DNA from: Candidatus Thorarchaeota archaeon
Lineage (GTDB): Archaea; Asgardarchaeota; Thorarchaeia; Thorarchaeales; Thorarchaeaceae
Length of the DNA: 56,702 nt
Assembly (NCBI GenBank): GCA_048882485.1
Contig: JBHLRP010000020.1
Coordinates: forward strand, 1-56,702
Reading direction: 5' to 3'
This document shows positions 19,471 through 27,828 of this stretch, piece by piece. Under the pieces are notes generated by a model that saw nothing but the letters and a program-made list of their open reading frames with translations, was not told the origin of the DNA and did no database searches. Position 1 is the stretch's first letter; each line of letters begins with the position of its first letter. The translations under genes were made by a program, and so were the position numbers.

Positions 19471-20238
19471 ATGGCTCATCCAAGAGTAATGCGCGATTCT
19501 GAGGGGCGAGTTCCTCATGTATACCTGAAAGAAGGTGATGTTGCGGAATATGTCTTGCTGCCTGGCCCTCCAGAGAGAGCAAGAGCGACAGCCTCAATGT
19601 TTGACAGTTCCAAAGAATTGGGATTCCATAGGGAATACCTCAGCTTCACCGGAGAGTATCAGGGTATTGAGGTCTCAGTTGTGTCCACGGGGATGGGAGT
19701 GTTCTCAGCAGTTGTAGCAGTTGAAGAACTCGCCGCCATTGGAGCTAATACCTTCATTAGAATTGGATCATGTGCCACGTATCAGGAGCAGATTCAACTC
19801 GGGGATAACATCATAGCTACCGGTTGTATCAGAGACGAGGGGTGTACGTTGGAATATGCACCATTGGCGTTTCCGGCAATACCTGACCTGACTGTGATGA
19901 CAGCGCTCATAGATTCAGCCAAGGAAGTCGAGGCTACTTATCATACGGGAGTTGTGCGAACCTGTGAGAACTTTTACTTGCGCGACCGGTCACCAGCCCT
20001 CAATGCACAATATGCGAAACTGGGTGCCGTTGCTCTTGATATGGAACTCTCTGCTATATTGATGGCTTCGATTGATTTGGGAAAAAGAGCTGGTGGCATT
20101 CTCACTGTGGGATCCAACATGGTAACGACTGAGAACCGGTATAAGGGTGACCGAATAGCTGAGTTTGACGCCGGCGAGAAGAATATGATAAGAATCGCGC
20201 TCGAAGCTGTGAAGAGATTGCACTTGCAGGATAGCTAG
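19471..20238 (+). CDS. Nucleoside phosphorylase (uridine phosphorylase-like, PNP_UDP_1)
   Basis: LLPGPPERA, STGMG, FIRIGSC, DMEL. Confidence 0.9.
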   Translation: MAHPRVMRDSEGRVPHVYLKEGDVAEYVLLPGPPERARATASMFDSSKELGFHREYLSFTGEYQGIEVSVVSTGMGVFSAVVAVEELAAIGANTFIRIGSCATYQEQIQLGDNIIATGCIRDEGCTLEYAPLAFPAIPDLTVMTALIDSAKEVEATYHTGVVRTCENFYLRDRSPALNAQYAKLGAVALDMELSAILMASIDLGKRAGGILTVGSNMVTTENRYKGDRIAEFDAGEKNMIRIALEAVKRLHLQDS

Positions 20239-20311
20239 CCGCTTTCTAGGGAGCCATGTCCGACAGCTTTAAGTGATTTGCAACTTCAGACACGAATAAT
20301 CCCTCATCTCT

Positions 20312-20399
20312 GCGGAGGTTGCCAAGCCTGGCCAAAGGCGCTAGGTTGAGGGCCTAGTTCAGTAGTGATTCGCGAGTTCAAATCTCGCCCTCCGCACCA
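20312..20399 (+). tRNA. tRNA-Leu(GAG)
   Basis: GCGGAGG/CCTCCGC acceptor, CTAGG-TTGAGGG-CCTAG, long variable arm, encoded CCA. Confidence 0.96.
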
Positions 20400-20417
20400 C
20401 TTTGCTATTCGATCAAT

Positions 20418-20816
20418 TCAGCCGTATACTGTATAATAGTGGGTTAATTCAATGTGGGTTACTTCATCCATTCTTGCTAAGCTGAATATCTGGTCTGCTG
20501 TACGAAATGACTGAAAACTTGGAGAATACGGAGAAATGTCTCCTACAAACTCTTCGCCAATTGTATCGATGACTGCATGCATGTCGTCCCTCGTTTTGCA
20601 TGTTACTGTACAATCATATGGATAGTTTCTCCATCCAGCCTCTATGCTCTCTATCAGAAACGCTTCCAACTTGTCTCTTACGTCGTCTGGAACGGACACT
20701 CTGGGATTAAATCCGGTAAGTCCCAAGTATATGAACGAAAAGGGCACTATTGAAAGCAATAATAATGCAACAACTAGCTCCCTCCTATCTCTATTCACTC
20801 GCCGTACCCCACACAC
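20418..20816 (-). CDS. Hypothetical N-terminally membrane-anchored protein (cassette 1)
   Basis: Hydrophobic helix then soluble domain; fills the space between tRNA 3' repeats 1 and 2. Confidence 0.65.
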   Translation of the reverse strand: MCGVRRVNRDRRELVVALLLLSIVPFSFIYLGLTGFNPRVSVPDDVRDKLEAFLIESIEAGWRNYPYDCTVTCKTRDDMHAVIDTIGEEFVGDISPYSPSFQSFRTADQIFSLARMDEVTHIELTHYYTVYG

Positions 20817-20875
20817 ACAATATTGGTCCGAGGGCTTATCATTTTTACCTCAATATTCGTTTGAGCTATGAAGAC

Positions 20876-20898
20876 TCAAATCTCGCCCTCCGCACCAC
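20876..20898 (+). repeat. Direct repeat of the tRNA-Leu 3' end (att-like copy 2)
   Basis: TCAAATCTCGCCCTCCGCACCAC identical to 20378..20400. Confidence 0.95.
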
Positions 20899-20929
20899 CT
20901 TCTTCTTGATTCATTGAAATAGATTATTA

Positions 20930-21157
20930 CTATTCTTTGTCATCAATTCCAGGTAGACGACCCCCATAAAACCTGCCCATGCCCATGCCTTTAACCGCTC
21001 CCAAGTTTGAAGCTTGTGGTGCCGTATCTGAATACCTCGCTTGTGCAGAAGGAACACTAGTTTGCGAAGACTTGTTCCTTCTATCTTCTGGATGAAGCAA
21101 GAGAATGAGTGCGATAATGACTACACCAGCGATAAGCCCAGTAAACCACAGATTCAA
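20930..21157 (-). CDS. Small single-TM hypothetical protein (cassette 2)
   Basis: N-terminal TM LWFTGLIAGVVIIALILLL; lies between repeats 2 and 3. Confidence 0.6.
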   Translation of the reverse strand: MNLWFTGLIAGVVIIALILLLHPEDRRNKSSQTSVPSAQARYSDTAPQASNLGAVKGMGMGRFYGGRLPGIDDKE

Positions 21158-21220
21158 CTCAGTTAGCTTCCGTATTGATTTTGGTTTGAGTTGAGATAAA
21201 CATTACCACGAACGAGATAT

Positions 21221-21247
21221 TTCAAATCTCGCCCTCCGCACCACTTT
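21221..21247 (+). repeat. Direct repeat of the tRNA-Leu 3' end (att-like copy 3)
   Basis: TTCAAATCTCGCCCTCCGCACCACTTT identical to 20377..20403. Confidence 0.95.
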
Positions 21248-21322
21248 TCCTGTTCTCTTTGAGGACTAGCTATCTTCTTATTATCGGAGTCAAACCGGAG
21301 TGTGTTTGACGGGTGACTTCAT

Positions 21323-21826
21323 TTGAATGAAGGGAATCACAAATTCAATGACAAACTTGTAATGACATATGCTCAATACTTCAAGGCAATGACAAGCCGG
21401 GCTGTGAGCATAATCAGGGCATTTGAATCCGCCTTTGGAAGGGAAGATGTCCATCGAGTTCTCAAGGATTGGTCAGAGAACGCGGCGCGTAAAATGGCCC
21501 CGGACTCAATAGCTGATTTTCAGAAGTTCAAAAACTACTGGAAGACTACATTAGAGTCTGAGAATTGGTCAAAGATTCTGACATGCGAGTTTCTTGAAGA
21601 GTCCAATAAGAAGCTGGCGTGCAAGTATTACGAATGCCTATGGGCGGAAACAATGAAGGATATGAATACTGAAGATATTGGTTACATTCTATTTTGCCAC
21701 CCAGATTTTGAAATGGTAAAAGCAATACATCCGAATCTAAGATTGGAGCGATCTCGTACGCTTATGGAAGGGGATGAATTCTGCGATCACACATTCTATT
21801 GGGATGAGAAACCAACACCTGATTAG
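21323..21826 (+). CDS. L-2-amino-thiazoline-4-carboxylate hydrolase-like (ATC hydrolase/V4R-like) protein
   Basis: ECLWAE...CHPD...RTLMEGDEFCDH. Confidence 0.8.
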   Translation: MNEGNHKFNDKLVMTYAQYFKAMTSRAVSIIRAFESAFGREDVHRVLKDWSENAARKMAPDSIADFQKFKNYWKTTLESENWSKILTCEFLEESNKKLACKYYECLWAETMKDMNTEDIGYILFCHPDFEMVKAIHPNLRLERSRTLMEGDEFCDHTFYWDEKPTPD

Positions 21827-21878
21827 TGGCTGTGTGCTTCTATTGCACCCTGCGAACCATCTGCATCTAGGTGAGTTT

Positions 21879-22418
21879 TTACCTCACAAGCAGGATTGCG
21901 TATCTATTCATTGTCTGATCATAGTCAGATAGGACTTCTATCGGATAACCTACAGCCCTCGCAGTTGAAAAGACATCCACACCCATTGCTTCTGGTGGAG
22001 GTCTGGAGAGCCTCTTCTGCTTGCAGTCTTCTCTAGCACTGACACATTCATCGCACAATGAGCAGTTGTCTGCAGGGAGAATGAAAGCCTTGACTTCTCC
22101 AGAAAGAAACACCTCTCGCTCTAGCTTGAGAAGCTTCAGGTTTATTTCCTTCATTATTTCATGACGATCATCAGGATTGTCAAGTTCTATAGATAGGTGA
22201 AACAAAGCAATGTCATTATATTCGTCAAATAGCTCCCTGCACTCGGATACTGATGGCGTGTTAGGAGGGCATGCAGCGCATTGCCCATAGCTGGAGCATC
22301 CCCATGTGCATTTCATACGCACCCATTGGGAAACAACGACTTCCTTGGGATCAATCCATTTGTAGTCATCGAATCCATGTTTCATAAACAGAGTTTCAAG
22401 ATCTTTCAGACTGCTCAT
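21879..22418 (-). CDS. DUF2284-like Cys-rich metal-binding protein
   Basis: VRMKCTWGCSSYGQCAACPP, CSLCDEC, RPPPEAMGVDV. Confidence 0.85.
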   Translation of the reverse strand: MSSLKDLETLFMKHGFDDYKWIDPKEVVVSQWVRMKCTWGCSSYGQCAACPPNTPSVSECRELFDEYNDIALFHLSIELDNPDDRHEIMKEINLKLLKLEREVFLSGEVKAFILPADNCSLCDECVSAREDCKQKRLSRPPPEAMGVDVFSTARAVGYPIEVLSDYDQTMNRYAILLVR

Positions 22419-22543
22419 AGTCTATCATCTTTATGCAAATATTAGCTTGTTTTTAGATTTGCCTCTGAACGTAATCTTCGCTTTCTAGATTCCATGGGAC
22501 TTTTCAGAAGGAATAGTCTGGTAGCAGACAAGAGGCTGATACA

Positions 22544-22864
22544 ATGAGTCTGCATGATCAATTCAAAGAAGAGATGCGGGAGGTCTGCACTGAATATCAC
22601 AACTTGCTCCGACAAAAAGAGGCTCTTGAAGCCCAACTAGAGACGCTTCATGATTACATAGAAGCCACTATGAAGAAATACAGGCAGAATGAATACGATG
22701 AACCAGAAGTGCCTGTGAAGGTTGACAGAATCGAGTATATGACCGAGCGTATGAAGAGAGGTGGCAAGAAGAAGCTCAGGGAGATTCTGACAGAGAAGCA
22801 GTGGTCCGAAATTTATACAGAGAAGAAGGTTGTGAGCTATCGAATAACTCAGCGTGAAGAATGA
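22544..22864 (+). CDS. Hypothetical coiled-coil protein, possibly phage Gam/Gp157-like
   Basis: 106-aa ORF with SD GAGGCTGA; heptad helix then beta-rich tail. Confidence 0.65.
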   Translation: MSLHDQFKEEMREVCTEYHNLLRQKEALEAQLETLHDYIEATMKKYRQNEYDEPEVPVKVDRIEYMTERMKRGGKKKLREILTEKQWSEIYTEKKVVSYRITQREE

Positions 22865-23075
22865 GCCCCTTGTTTTGGACCCACCCACCACGGGGAGGCA
22901 AACCGCATGTTCAGGGTGGGTCCTTTGAGGGAGTTGTCGTCAGGAGCGTGATAGGGGGTTCCGAAGACAAAGGAACTCTCGCGCTTGGCGGGTCCGGATT
23001 GTCAAGGTGGGGAGCAAGAGAGGGCATAGGGACTCGGACTTTTAGAGAGGGCCAAGGGAACCCCCAGAGAGTCTT
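22865..23075 (+). ncRNA. Candidate structured G-rich RNA element
   Basis: Perfect 10-bp stem 22877..22886/22914..22923; long G-U-containing hairpin 22938..22990; stem 22992..23039. Confidence 0.4.
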
Positions 23076-23272
23076 GCACACTACTTACAATCATGAATCC
23101 TGTTGTGGAGATATAAGGCTGTAATGTGACTTGGTGACATTCAAGAATATGATAATTGCGAAAAATTCGTCAAAATGAAGTGGTTTTGAACGAGTAGCAC
23201 ATTCCACAGGGAAGAGGAATCTATAAAGGAGAACCAGTTTTTGATGAAATCAAACAGCAGGAGTGGTCAGCC

Positions 23273-24277
23273 ACGACAAATCCAAAGATAGGAATCATTG
23301 GTACAGGCAACATGGGAAGGATTCATGCCCGGGTTCTGAGTAACATTCGAGCTCTCACAGCCGTGGCTGATACCGATGTGAAGCAGGCTGAAGAAGTGGC
23401 CCAGATGTATAACGTAGAATCGTTTAACGACTTTGAGTCATTGATTGAGCACGCGGAGTTAGATGGCGTAATCATTTCCACTCCAACTGCAACACATGCC
23501 GAAATAGCTGAGAGTGTTGCCAAGAAACAGGATGGAATAAGGGGCATTCTGATTGAGAAACCGTTGGCGAGCAACCTCAAGGATGCCCGCAAGCTTGCTG
23601 AAGTCTTAAGGAAGAAGGATATCACTGTCCTAGTTGGACACTCTGAGATTTACAACCCTGTAGTTGAACGGGCATTAAACCTGATCAAAGAAGGCGCCAT
23701 TGGAGTCCCTCAGACGGTGATCCATGATAGGCGCGGATTTGTCCAGGCAGAAAGATTGTCATCTCTAGGAGACGTGTTTGAAGATATTGGGGTTCATGAT
23801 TTTGACATCATGACTCGGATAAGCAGTGGTAACGCCACTCTCTATGCTCAATGCCAGACCAAGAATGAGATTCTGAACACGGGAAATGTGACGGTGAAGT
23901 TTGAAAACGAGGCGCAACACATCTTCCATTTGTCAAGGCAATATGTGGGCAGGAAAAGGAGCATGGATGTTTCTGGAACAAAAGGAACCTTGAACCTTGA
24001 CCTCTTTGGACAGGTCATTAAGGTTCAAGACCTCGATCAAGCGCCTCTGGCTGACAGCAGGACGATTCAGCTAATAGAACGTGGTGCTACAATCAAAGTG
24101 TATGGAGAACCTATTCTACAGGTGATAACTGACTTCCTACACTGCATAGAAACAGGTAGCTCACCTAAGGTTGATTTGGATGATGGGATTTTAGCCCTCG
24201 AAGTGGTTGAAGCAGCGAGAAGGAGTGCAATCTCAGGGAAGGTTGTTAATATCAATATTCAGTCTCGACACATCTGA
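23273..24277 (+). CDS. Gfo/Idh/MocA-family oxidoreductase (probable ACG start)
   Basis: KIGIIGTGNMG Rossmann motif begins upstream of ATG 23312; EKP and DIGVHD motifs. Confidence 0.88.
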   Translation, partial: TTNPKIGIIGTGNMGRIHARVLSNIRALTAVADTDVKQAEEVAQMYNVESFNDFESLIEHAELDGVIISTPTATHAEIAESVAKKQDGIRGILIEKPLASNLKDARKLAEVLRKKDITVLVGHSEIYNPVVERALNLIKEGAIGVPQTVIHDRRGFVQAERLSSLGDVFEDIGVHDFDIMTRISSGNATLYAQCQTKNEILNTGNVTVKFENEAQHIFHLSRQYVGRKRSMDVSGTKGTLNLDLFGQVIKVQDLDQAPLADSRTIQLIERGATIKVYGEPILQVITDFLHCIETGSSPKVDLDDGILALEVVEAARRSAISGKVVNINIQSRHI

Positions 24278-25554
24278 GCGAAGAGATGAGTTCGCTCAGA
24301 AGATGTGATTTCAACATTGATAGTACTGCCCAGAGTGACTTCTTCAAGCAGTATTATTGGCTTATAGGCGAAGTTTCTACAGACGATGCCACCTCTAGGA
24401 CCGGCTTCCGTCGCAATCACCTCTCCAGTCCAACCAACCCAGGAAGCATTTAGATCAGTCACAGAATCCGATACAATGGAACTCAATTTCCGGCTTCTTT
24501 CCTTCTTGACTAAAGTATCAACTTTGTTGTTAGCTCTTGAAGCCGCCGTGCCAGGACGGTCACCATACTTTGAGATGTTTACCACCTCGGGACGCATCCG
24601 CCGCAACAGATCGATGGTATCTTCAAAATCGGAGGCCGTTTCTCCCGGAAATCCTACAATGATGTCAGTCGCAATTGTGGCTCTGGGTATTCCTCCTCTG
24701 ACTTTTGAAACGATTTCAGTCCATTCAGCAACTGTGTATTTTCGTCCCATCGCAGTGAGTAAACCATCACTTCCAGTTTGGAGAGGTACATGAAAGAATT
24801 TGAAGAAATGTTCTGATTCCATTACGGAGATTAGGTCATCTATTGTATCAAGGACTAGGTTAGGATTGAACATTCCCAGTCTGAATCTATGGTTTCCATC
24901 AATCTGATCTAAGTTCCTGAGAAGCCCAACAAGAGTTTCTCCAGTGTCATGTCCAAAAACTCCCGCATCCTGGGATGTCAGACGAATCTCTCCATAACCG
25001 ACATGTACGCATCTCTCTACTACGTTATGAATCTCAGAAATACTATAGCTACGCACGTTTCTTCTGGCGAATCGTACAGCACAATAGGCACAGCTTCCAA
25101 GGCATCCTTCACAGATTGGTATCGTGCAAATCACACTGTCCGGGGGCTCCTCAAAGAATCTTAATTTTGATTCAGAGTCAGAGTCAAGATGGACAATTCC
25201 CCTCTCTCCCTTTAGAACCCGATTGACGACATTTCCAAGTGTGTCCAGCGACTGAGGGCCTAGAAGCGCTGCAAAAGACGGGATTGCTCGTTGGATTCGG
25301 TCTATGGAGATTCGAGGCAGACATCCTGCTACTATAACTGGTACAGGCTGGTTTCCGAGCTCTTCGAGGCGATGAATAATTCTGTCCTCTGTAGGTTCCT
25401 TTACACCGCATGTATTGAGAACGATGAGATCCGCCACCTCAATATCAGATGTCTGCTCTGCTCCTAGCCCGCCAAGACGACTCACTATCAAATCCGAATC
25501 TGCTTTGTTTAGTGAACAACCATATGTTTCCAAGTAAAAGGTAGTATCGTCCAA
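24259..25554 (-). CDS. mtaB: tRNA t6A37 methylthiotransferase (archaeal e-MtaB/CDKAL1 type)
   Basis: ETYGCSLN, NTCGVK, GCLGSCAYC, TDIIVGFPGET, TRAM domain. Confidence 0.9.
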   Translation of the reverse strand: MDDTTFYLETYGCSLNKADSDLIVSRLGGLGAEQTSDIEVADLIVLNTCGVKEPTEDRIIHRLEELGNQPVPVIVAGCLPRISIDRIQRAIPSFAALLGPQSLDTLGNVVNRVLKGERGIVHLDSDSESKLRFFEEPPDSVICTIPICEGCLGSCAYCAVRFARRNVRSYSISEIHNVVERCVHVGYGEIRLTSQDAGVFGHDTGETLVGLLRNLDQIDGNHRFRLGMFNPNLVLDTIDDLISVMESEHFFKFFHVPLQTGSDGLLTAMGRKYTVAEWTEIVSKVRGGIPRATIATDIIVGFPGETASDFEDTIDLLRRMRPEVVNISKYGDRPGTAASRANNKVDTLVKKERSRKLSSIVSDSVTDLNASWVGWTGEVIATEAGPRGGIVCRNFAYKPIILLEEVTLGSTINVEITSSERTHLFAQMCRD

Positions 25555-25562
25555 GATTCAGA

Positions 25563-25844
25563 TTATCCTCCTTGGACATGGGGAAGCATTGCTATCTCAT
25601 CATCTTGAAACACGACGGTGCCTTCACCCTCCAGCGTTGTGACATCTTGCTTGTTGAGCATAATAATCAGATTGCCGCTTATCTTGTCACCTTCCATGAT
25701 TATCTGTTCCAACTCAGGCCCACCAATCTCAAGTACCCTGTTAACCACGTCTCTAATGGTGGACCCATCTGGCACATCCACAGTAAGTAATTGACTATCA
25801 AGAGCCCTTCGAATTGGACCAAAAGACTTGAACTTCACCTGCAC
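25563..25844 (-). CDS. MoaD/ThiS/SAMP ubiquitin-like protein
   Basis: Beta-grasp pattern, C-terminal PHVQGG. Confidence 0.9.
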   Translation of the reverse strand: MQVKFKSFGPIRRALDSQLLTVDVPDGSTIRDVVNRVLEIGGPELEQIIMEGDKISGNLIIMLNKQDVTTLEGEGTVVFQDDEIAMLPHVQGG

Positions 25845-25880
25845 CGTAAAGACCGACCATTTGAGCTCTTCAGAAAAGTG

Positions 25881-26252
25881 CTATTCAGCGTTTTGATAGT
25901 GCAGTATAGCTTCATCTACCAAATCATCAACAACCTGGACGATATTCTGAATCTCCTTAGACGTTGCTGCTTCATAATGAATACCGACGGTTGATATCAC
26001 AGGACGCATCAGTGCCTTGCACATTTTCTCTGCAGACGAGTTTGCCACCACGTAGTCCTTATGCCCAGGTAGTGTGATGCTATTCACGCTAATGGTGGAG
26101 GCGTCTCTATAATGACTTCTGGTTGGATATGCAACTGCTACACCACCAATATGATGCTCATCCCCTCCGAAGATCGCCACTAACAGATCCTTGCCAATAC
26201 TCTTTGCTTCAAGATAGATGGTGTGACGTCCAGCCTGTTTCTCAAACATCAT
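25881..26252 (-). CDS. LpdD/PAC-like small protein
   Basis: GKDLLVAIFGGDEHHIG, GHKD, GIH motifs; GGAGG SD before ATG 26252. Confidence 0.7.
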   Translation of the reverse strand: MMFEKQAGRHTIYLEAKSIGKDLLVAIFGGDEHHIGGVAVAYPTRSHYRDASTISVNSITLPGHKDYVVANSSAEKMCKALMRPVISTVGIHYEAATSKEIQNIVQVVDDLVDEAILHYQNAE

Positions 26253-26286
26253 AGGAAACATCCTCCTTGTGATCGGAATACATCCC

Positions 26287-27828
26287 TTATGCATCTATAT
26301 CTTCGCGCTTTTGAAACATGCGCCATGACAGAGTCAATGTCTTGGGATGGGCAGCACGGTACTCATCCAGATGACGGACGGAAGTGGAATACGGAGCGCC
26401 TTTGACCTTCTCGGGTTCTTTGTACGCCTCTTCAGATATCTTTCTGAAAGCGGAAATGAGAACGTCTAGCTCCTGTTTTGACTCTGTTTCAGTTGGCTCT
26501 ATCATCAGAGCCTCAGGAACAATCAACGGAAAGTATACGGTTGGTGCGTGAACACCGAAATCCAGAAGGCGCTTCGCAACATTCATGGCTGACATTCCGG
26601 TTTCATCCAGAAGCTCTTCACCTGAGATGACGCATTCATGCATTCGGGGAGCATCCTGTGAATATGGGAGGGTGAAGCCTGGAATAGCACTTGCATGATG
26701 CGCAACATAATTGGCATTCAGAACTGCATTCTCAGCTACTGCACGAAGCCCTCTCTTGCCGAGAGAATAGATGTAAGCATAAGCCCTCACCAACATTCCG
26801 AAATTCCCGAAGTATCCATGGACTTTCCCTATTGTCTGAGGGTAATCATAGTTCCAATCGAAGCGACCATCAGGCTGTTTCACAATACGAGGAACTGGGA
26901 GAAAGTCCACCAGCTCTCTCTTAACTCCAACAGCGCCAGCACCTGGACCACCTCCACCGTGCGGAGTTGAGAATGACTTGTGCAGGTTCATATGGACCAC
27001 GTCAAAGCCCATATCTCCTGGTCGTGTTATGCCCATAATGGCATTCAAGTTAGCGCCATCATAGTACAGAAGCCCGCCAGCATCATGGACGATGTCAGCA
27101 ATCTCCTCGATATCTTTCTCAAACACTCCTATTGTATTGGGATTTGTTAGCATCAGCCCAGCTGTTTTTGGTCCTGTTGCAGATTTTAGAGCTTCAATAT
27201 TCACAAGCCCATCTTCGCTAGATGGTACGACAACTACTCTGTAGCCTGCCATAGCCGCTGATGCAGGATTTGTACCATGGGCCGCATCGGGAATCAGCAT
27301 TTCATTGCGTTGATCGCATTCTTCTGTGATGCATTTATGATACTCACGAATCAGCATAACGCCTGTATATTCACCTTGAGCCCCTGCTGCAGGCTGTAGT
27401 GTCACTGCATCCATGCCAGTGATTTCAGCCAACCAATGTTCTAGCTCCCACATCAGTTCAAGGGCGCCTTGGCTCATTGAAGCATCCTGACTTGGGTGAA
27501 GCCATGCGAATCCGTCTAGATTGGCAGCCCAGTCATTGATGACTGGATTATATTTCATCGTGCAACTGCCGAGCGGGTACGTGCCTGTGGAAACAGAGAA
27601 ATTCATCTGTGAGAGGCGGGTGAAGTGTCTGATGATCTGGAGCTCAGAAACCTCAGGAATTGCAGGCGGAGTCTTGCGCTGCATCTCCTTTGGGATAAAG
27701 GAGTCGATTTTCCCGGCGGACTGCCTGACTTCAGCTTCAACTTCAGGAAACTGATGACTGGTGGCTCCCATACTCGACTTCTCAAATATTAGAGGGACAT
27801 TCCAGCGGGCTTGGCGATATTCAGTCAT
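26287..27828 (-). CDS. gcvPB: Glycine dehydrogenase (decarboxylating) subunit 2
   Basis: PLGSCTMKYNP, AHGTNPASA, NLHKSFSTPHGGGGPG. Confidence 0.97.
   Translation of the reverse strand: MTEYRQARWNVPLIFEKSSMGATSHQFPEVEAEVRQSAGKIDSFIPKEMQRKTPPAIPEVSELQIIRHFTRLSQMNFSVSTGTYPLGSCTMKYNPVINDWAANLDGFAWLHPSQDASMSQGALELMWELEHWLAEITGMDAVTLQPAAGAQGEYTGVMLIREYHKCITEECDQRNEMLIPDAAHGTNPASAAMAGYRVVVVPSSEDGLVNIEALKSATGPKTAGLMLTNPNTIGVFEKDIEEIADIVHDAGGLLYYDGANLNAIMGITRPGDMGFDVVHMNLHKSFSTPHGGGGPGAGAVGVKRELVDFLPVPRIVKQPDGRFDWNYDYPQTIGKVHGYFGNFGMLVRAYAYIYSLGKRGLRAVAENAVLNANYVAHHASAIPGFTLPYSQDAPRMHECVISGEELLDETGMSAMNVAKRLLDFGVHAPTVYFPLIVPEALMIEPTETESKQELDVLISAFRKISEEAYKEPEKVKGAPYSTSVRHLDEYRAAHPKTLTLSWRMFQKREDIDA

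Noticed and set aside
16031-20311. Integrated island at tRNA-Thr
   Set aside because: Accessory-looking genes, but no duplicated tRNA-Thr 3' end or integrase was found.
20378-21247. Three direct repeats as a CRISPR array
   Set aside because: The repeat is the tRNA 3' end, the spacers are >300 bp and gene-bearing, and there are no cas genes.
22865-23075. RNase P or SRP RNA
   Set aside because: Lacks the GAGGAAAGUCC/P4 and SRP helix-8 motifs and is too short.
22861-23124. 87-aa Gly-rich ORF
   Set aside because: Its composition is explained by the G-rich structured sequence; no protein-like features.
23150-23225. Replication origin (AT-rich stretch plus TTCCACAGGGAA ORB-like box)
   Set aside because: Single imperfect box, no G-string, no cdc6/orc1 nearby.
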